The position numbers were made by a program, and so were the translations under genes. Positions 59,701 through 64,000 of a stretch of 64,000 nt of DNA are shown here, one piece after another. The stretch covers positions 16,368,001 to 16,432,000 of the forward strand of contig OZ004615.1 of NCBI GenBank assembly GCA_963924565.1, in the 5' to 3' direction. The number at the start of each line of letters is the position of its first letter. Positions within the stretch are counted from its first letter, which is position 1. The notes below the pieces were generated by a model that did no database searches, was not told where the DNA came from, and saw only the letters and a program-made list of their open reading frames with translations. The stretch is from Ascidiella aspersa. Its lineage: Eukaryota.

Positions 59701-62700
59701 AAATGGCCTCCTTCGGGACAAACGCAACAAAAACTAACGATTGTGTACATAACCTCTATACATTGAAAGCGGTGCTAAGTGGCGTAAGTTACCCGGAAAT
59801 ATTAATAATTAACGACAGGCTTTTCTCCGCCTGCTTGTCTACAATTGCTTAAAACTGGAGGCAACTTAACTTACGCAAAAAAGAGACAAGTCGACAACAA
59901 CAACAACTGACTAGCCGAGTCTGGCCTATGCCCACTGTATTCCAAAGACATGCTCGAATGGCCAATGGCCATCTTCCGCCGCTAAATAAAGAAGCAGCCG
60001 TGGCCCCCCGCCTCGAGTTGTGTATACGCCATCGATTTAACGAGCGACGCGACCCATTGTGACGTCACCATCTTCGCCATGGTGAATCACCATAATTTTC
60101 GGCTTCGGCGCAACGCGGTCCCTTGCTTTCGCGCGAGAACACAGAGAGCCCAACTCCGAAAGTGTAGCGTCTGTGGGTTTGGGCGTCTGTTCAAACACGC
60201 AAACGCGACCGACCCCGTGTTGGTCACACTCAACAGGGGGTCTGCTTTGATCGGTGATGACCCTTGAAAGTGACACAGTCTTCTATGCAGATCTAGGGGT
60301 TGTTAACCACCCAACGCAGTTTAGCCACCCTTTTCTTTATTTCTTAGACACCGCAATGGCAATAGGAACCCGTACAGTCGTACACCGATACAGGCATAGG
60401 GTAGTTTCTCTTTTCTGGCATATGGTTTCATCTTATTCCAAAGTCAACTTCACACAATGTGCTACAGGACTTCTACTGATATCCTGTTGAGCAAGGCAAT
60501 TTCTCTTGGAAGTGTTTTTTTTATCTCAATGCCAACAACGCGAAAGAAAAGATTTTTGCGGTATAGTTTGTCACATCCCTCACGATTGCTCGTCACTTTC
60601 TCTCTACTGTTAAACTATACCTTTTTAACCTCATCGATTTCAACTAACCCTTTGCTACTTTTCTTTAACCTCACTCACCTCAGTTCGATAAGTGCTATTC
60701 GCAATTTTCACAAGACTTGTTAAGATTGTTTCCGACGCCATTAGTGACAACGCCACGCGATATATCGTTTTTAACAGCAGGCCTATTACGCTTTTATAAT
60801 CAATACTTTATTTTGCCATCCTTGATCTTGTATCACTTGGGTGGTGCTATTTATAAAAGTGCAAATTAGAACAAAAAATTGATCATAAATAATATTATTC
60901 TCGCTACCAGTTGAATTGAGGTTAACTTACAAGTAATTGGATTTTATTGGGGTTAAATGCCTATCATTTTCCGTCGCAAAACTACACAGGCGCAACATCT
61001 ACGTTGGCAAACTAAAGGAGTAAAGTTATCCTCAAAACAAAACACGCGACATGGGTTTCCTATGTCACCAATCGCTATACATTAACCCAAGCAAAATCTT
61101 CCACACGTAAAACACAAGGAATAAAAAATAAAACTTTTGAGTAAAACAATCTTTAAACTTCTTGTTTTGCTTGCGAAAAATAAACAAACGAAGATGCTCT
61201 TGCCTATATATCAGGCTTGTTGTGCCGCATTATCTTATGCTGGCAACCTTTTATACAGCTAGCATAACAAAAATACGTTTAAATACGATTGAAATTGGGT
61301 ATTTTAAAAAACAAACGTGCCGCGTTCTCGTCGCAAATGCATCATTCACCGCACGTTGCGCGTGCACTTTTGACAAATTGCTCAAATAGCGCCGACAACT
61401 GGCATGCAGGTGCGTCAATAAATCGCCCATGCGTTTCTGACTTTATGACAAGCGACATGTGCAGATAGCAGGGGCGCTCGCGTCACTACGGGGAAAAGCA
61501 GGGCACTCTGAGCCCTTAAAATCGCCACTTAGTGCTGACCCAGGTTCGCGACCTGGCGTTTCAACGTCGTCACGAAAGCCACATGCCATGCAAACGGCGC
61601 GACCTCCACGTAGTTAAGCCCGCTGCACACTATCGCTGTGCGTGTAATTCTCGCCATGTCGCGCCAACTGTGAGCTGTGACAGCGGATAAATAAACAGCG
61701 CCGAAATTGCCGGGGTCGTCCCTCGCCTGATTGACGACTGGCGAGTTCTAGCCGTCTCCGCAGCCACCACCGCTTTGGTTTTGGCGGTCGGCGAATAGTG
61801 TGGACTTCCGTGTTGGGTTGTCAGACGTTGGGTAGTATTTCGAACGACTGATCGTTATTCAACATCGTTTTTAGCTTAGTTTGAGCCGTGATGTTCCCAA
61901 AAAACGACTAAAACGATAATAAGTTATCCAAATATACAAATTTGTCTTACAATCCTTGTTTTTCAAGGTTTATTAGGTGAAAAAGGGCCTTTATGCAATC
62001 AAACTTTCACTTCCCAATTGGTATAATCTCTATTTTGTCGTTGCGGGTATTGATTTTATCACAAAGTTTCGTGGTAGTCCTCACCACAAATCATCGCCAC
62101 CGATTTGTGGCCTATTTCAAAAACAGGGTCAAAAAGGTTAAGTTCAAAAAGGAAAAACAATCCCTGTGTGGTTTCCATAAAACTATCCAATAAGTACCTG
62201 TCGTCTCTCCGAAATGAGCCCTTTCCCTATGGGGACTTCCAGCCAATCGACGCCGCAACGATTTCGCCTTATCGCCGAATCTCCGAACAAATCGTGGCCA
62301 ATTGCAAACTATAAATCGTCACGGCGCATATACACAATGTCAGCGCCAATTTAGCCGTGGCCATCTAAAACACCATCGCGGGAAATTACGGAATCGGATT
62401 TATAGTAGCGAAACCTTTTCTCGTCATTCCCCTTAATTTGATCGCCCGTTTAAAATTGGCGTAGTTTTTCATTTGGAGGAGACGAGTGTTGTTACCGCTG
62501 TCTGTTGAGATTGAAAATAGGACACCGCTTTTGCGATATCGCAAAGACAAATCTTGAAACAGCATTTTTTTCCAAATACTTAAACAACGCATAGTATTGT
62601 TACATGCAAAGCCTCGGGTGATGGGATTATTCTTCACTTTAAAATAGTTAATCTCTTTCTTATCTTTTTTCTACTGTAACCACTATAAACAAACTATTTC

Positions 62701-64000
62701 ACAGATAAAAAAATGTAGTGATAAAAGAGATAATACATTTTAATAATAGTTTTAGTACAACGTAAACCCCTTGGCCAACCCTATTATTCTTCTAGATTTC
62801 TCAGTTTTTAAAAAAGCGTCATTTTATTCTTACCAGAAAATTTACATGTATGAATTTAATTACTTCTGATGCTGGTATCACGCGTCTTAAAATAAATCGC
62901 AACGAGGCTTGGCCTTATTTGTTTGAGAGCAAAGCCCCGTTTGTTTTTTCACGTGGCGACATCTGCCCCCTGACGCAATAACCAGGCAATCGAAAAAGAT
63001 CAATATGTGATTGTTTGCGTGTCCCGCGCCCAGCGAGTGGGTACTCGTATCAGTCGCTCGCCAAACTCTAACGTAAGCCAAACCCACTTGAAAGACCCGA
63101 GATCTTTCGCGACCGGTGGAAACTTTCACGTGTCAAGTGCCTTTCAGGTGGGCCCTTGGAATCAACGGGGTAGTATATTCCATTTGCTTTGCGAACACAC
63201 CACGAACCTTGTAGTCTATACAGCGAACAATGTGCCGCATTAAGATTGAGCGACTTGTCCCCCCGTCGACTATTATTGCAGACCGGCCGAAAAACGGCCT
63301 TCGCCTTTTGTTCAGATTCTCCAAGGAACCACGTTTATTGCTTGTGTCTTGCGTTTGAATGGCACTTGAAAGAAATTGTGTGTTTTCGCGCCCTTGGAAA
63401 ATCGCTTTCGCTACAAATTTGTTATACTTTTGAACAATTACACATTGACGTTTGCTGCTCATTGCACAAACATGTTTTTACAAATATGCTGTGTGAATCA
63501 AACTTGTCCGCACACGATTTTTGTTTCCTAAAACATTGTATACTAACTAATTTCATGTAAAAACACACTTTATTCAAAAACGATGTTAATTTTTAAGATA
63601 ACTTTGCCTTCCAAATTAGTTAATCTAGTTTTGTCTATACATAAAAAAGCTGTTCCTACTTGTGTCACTAACTTTTGGCTAGTCTTGACCTGAGATTATC
63701 AAAAGCTACACTATGTAATTGAATGATTTTTCATAAAAAGTGTCATTGATTCACAACTTCTAGTTAAAAACACGTTTGTAGTCGTTTACTCTACTTTAAA
63801 ACTTATACCTCCACGAATCTTCTTCAGCAGAAAAACAAATCCACCAAAGTAACAACACTATACGGCCTCCTAGTTGGGAATCCGTTTCGCTCGCAAACCG
63901 AAATAACGCGCTATACAGGCTCGAAAACAACACTTTTTAAGGGGGGCTTGTCCCGACTCGACGGCGCTGTGCCCACACTGGCAACTGCGTCTCCGTTCGA

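Noticed and set aside
58634-62835. Possible 5' exons of the - strand gene (donor-like sites at ~58634, ~59057, ~60680, ~62198, ~62834)
   Set aside because: Several plausible donors, but no coding signal or other evidence to choose among them without transcript data.
1-64000. CRISPR arrays, rRNA/tRNA genes, transposase or reverse-transcriptase ORFs
   Set aside because: No repeat-spacer periodicity, recognisable structural RNA or autonomous-element coding motifs were seen.

Overview
Eukaryotic (metazoan) genomic DNA with AT-rich introns and GC-richer exons; an invertebrate chordate such as an ascidian is a guess from composition and gene style, not proven. Positions 528-44790 on the + strand hold a hand-spliced, frame-consistent chain of 48 exons (16,781 nt, about 5,590 codons; no start codon and no convincing stop in the window). 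The product is a giant protein with about 41 Calx-beta repeats and 4 fibronectin type III (FN3) domains. One 8,811-nt exon alone encodes 24 Calx-beta repeats. The last module (Calx-beta, FN3, FN3, low-complexity linker; 37049-44790) closely resembles the cytoplasmic tail of vertebrate integrin beta-4, apparently including the two plectin-binding arginines. The gene also has three frame-preserving mini-exons near Rbfox/QKI-type motifs and one GC-AG intron. Downstream, probably inside a >19 kb intron, is a - strand gene with three coding exons (54202-50654). It encodes a ~560-aa Ser/Pro-rich protein with an unrecognised C-terminal Cys/His-rich domain ending in -EFYV. Introns carry many short non-autonomous DNA transposons (hAT-like with 8-bp TSDs, Harbinger-like, foldback types).
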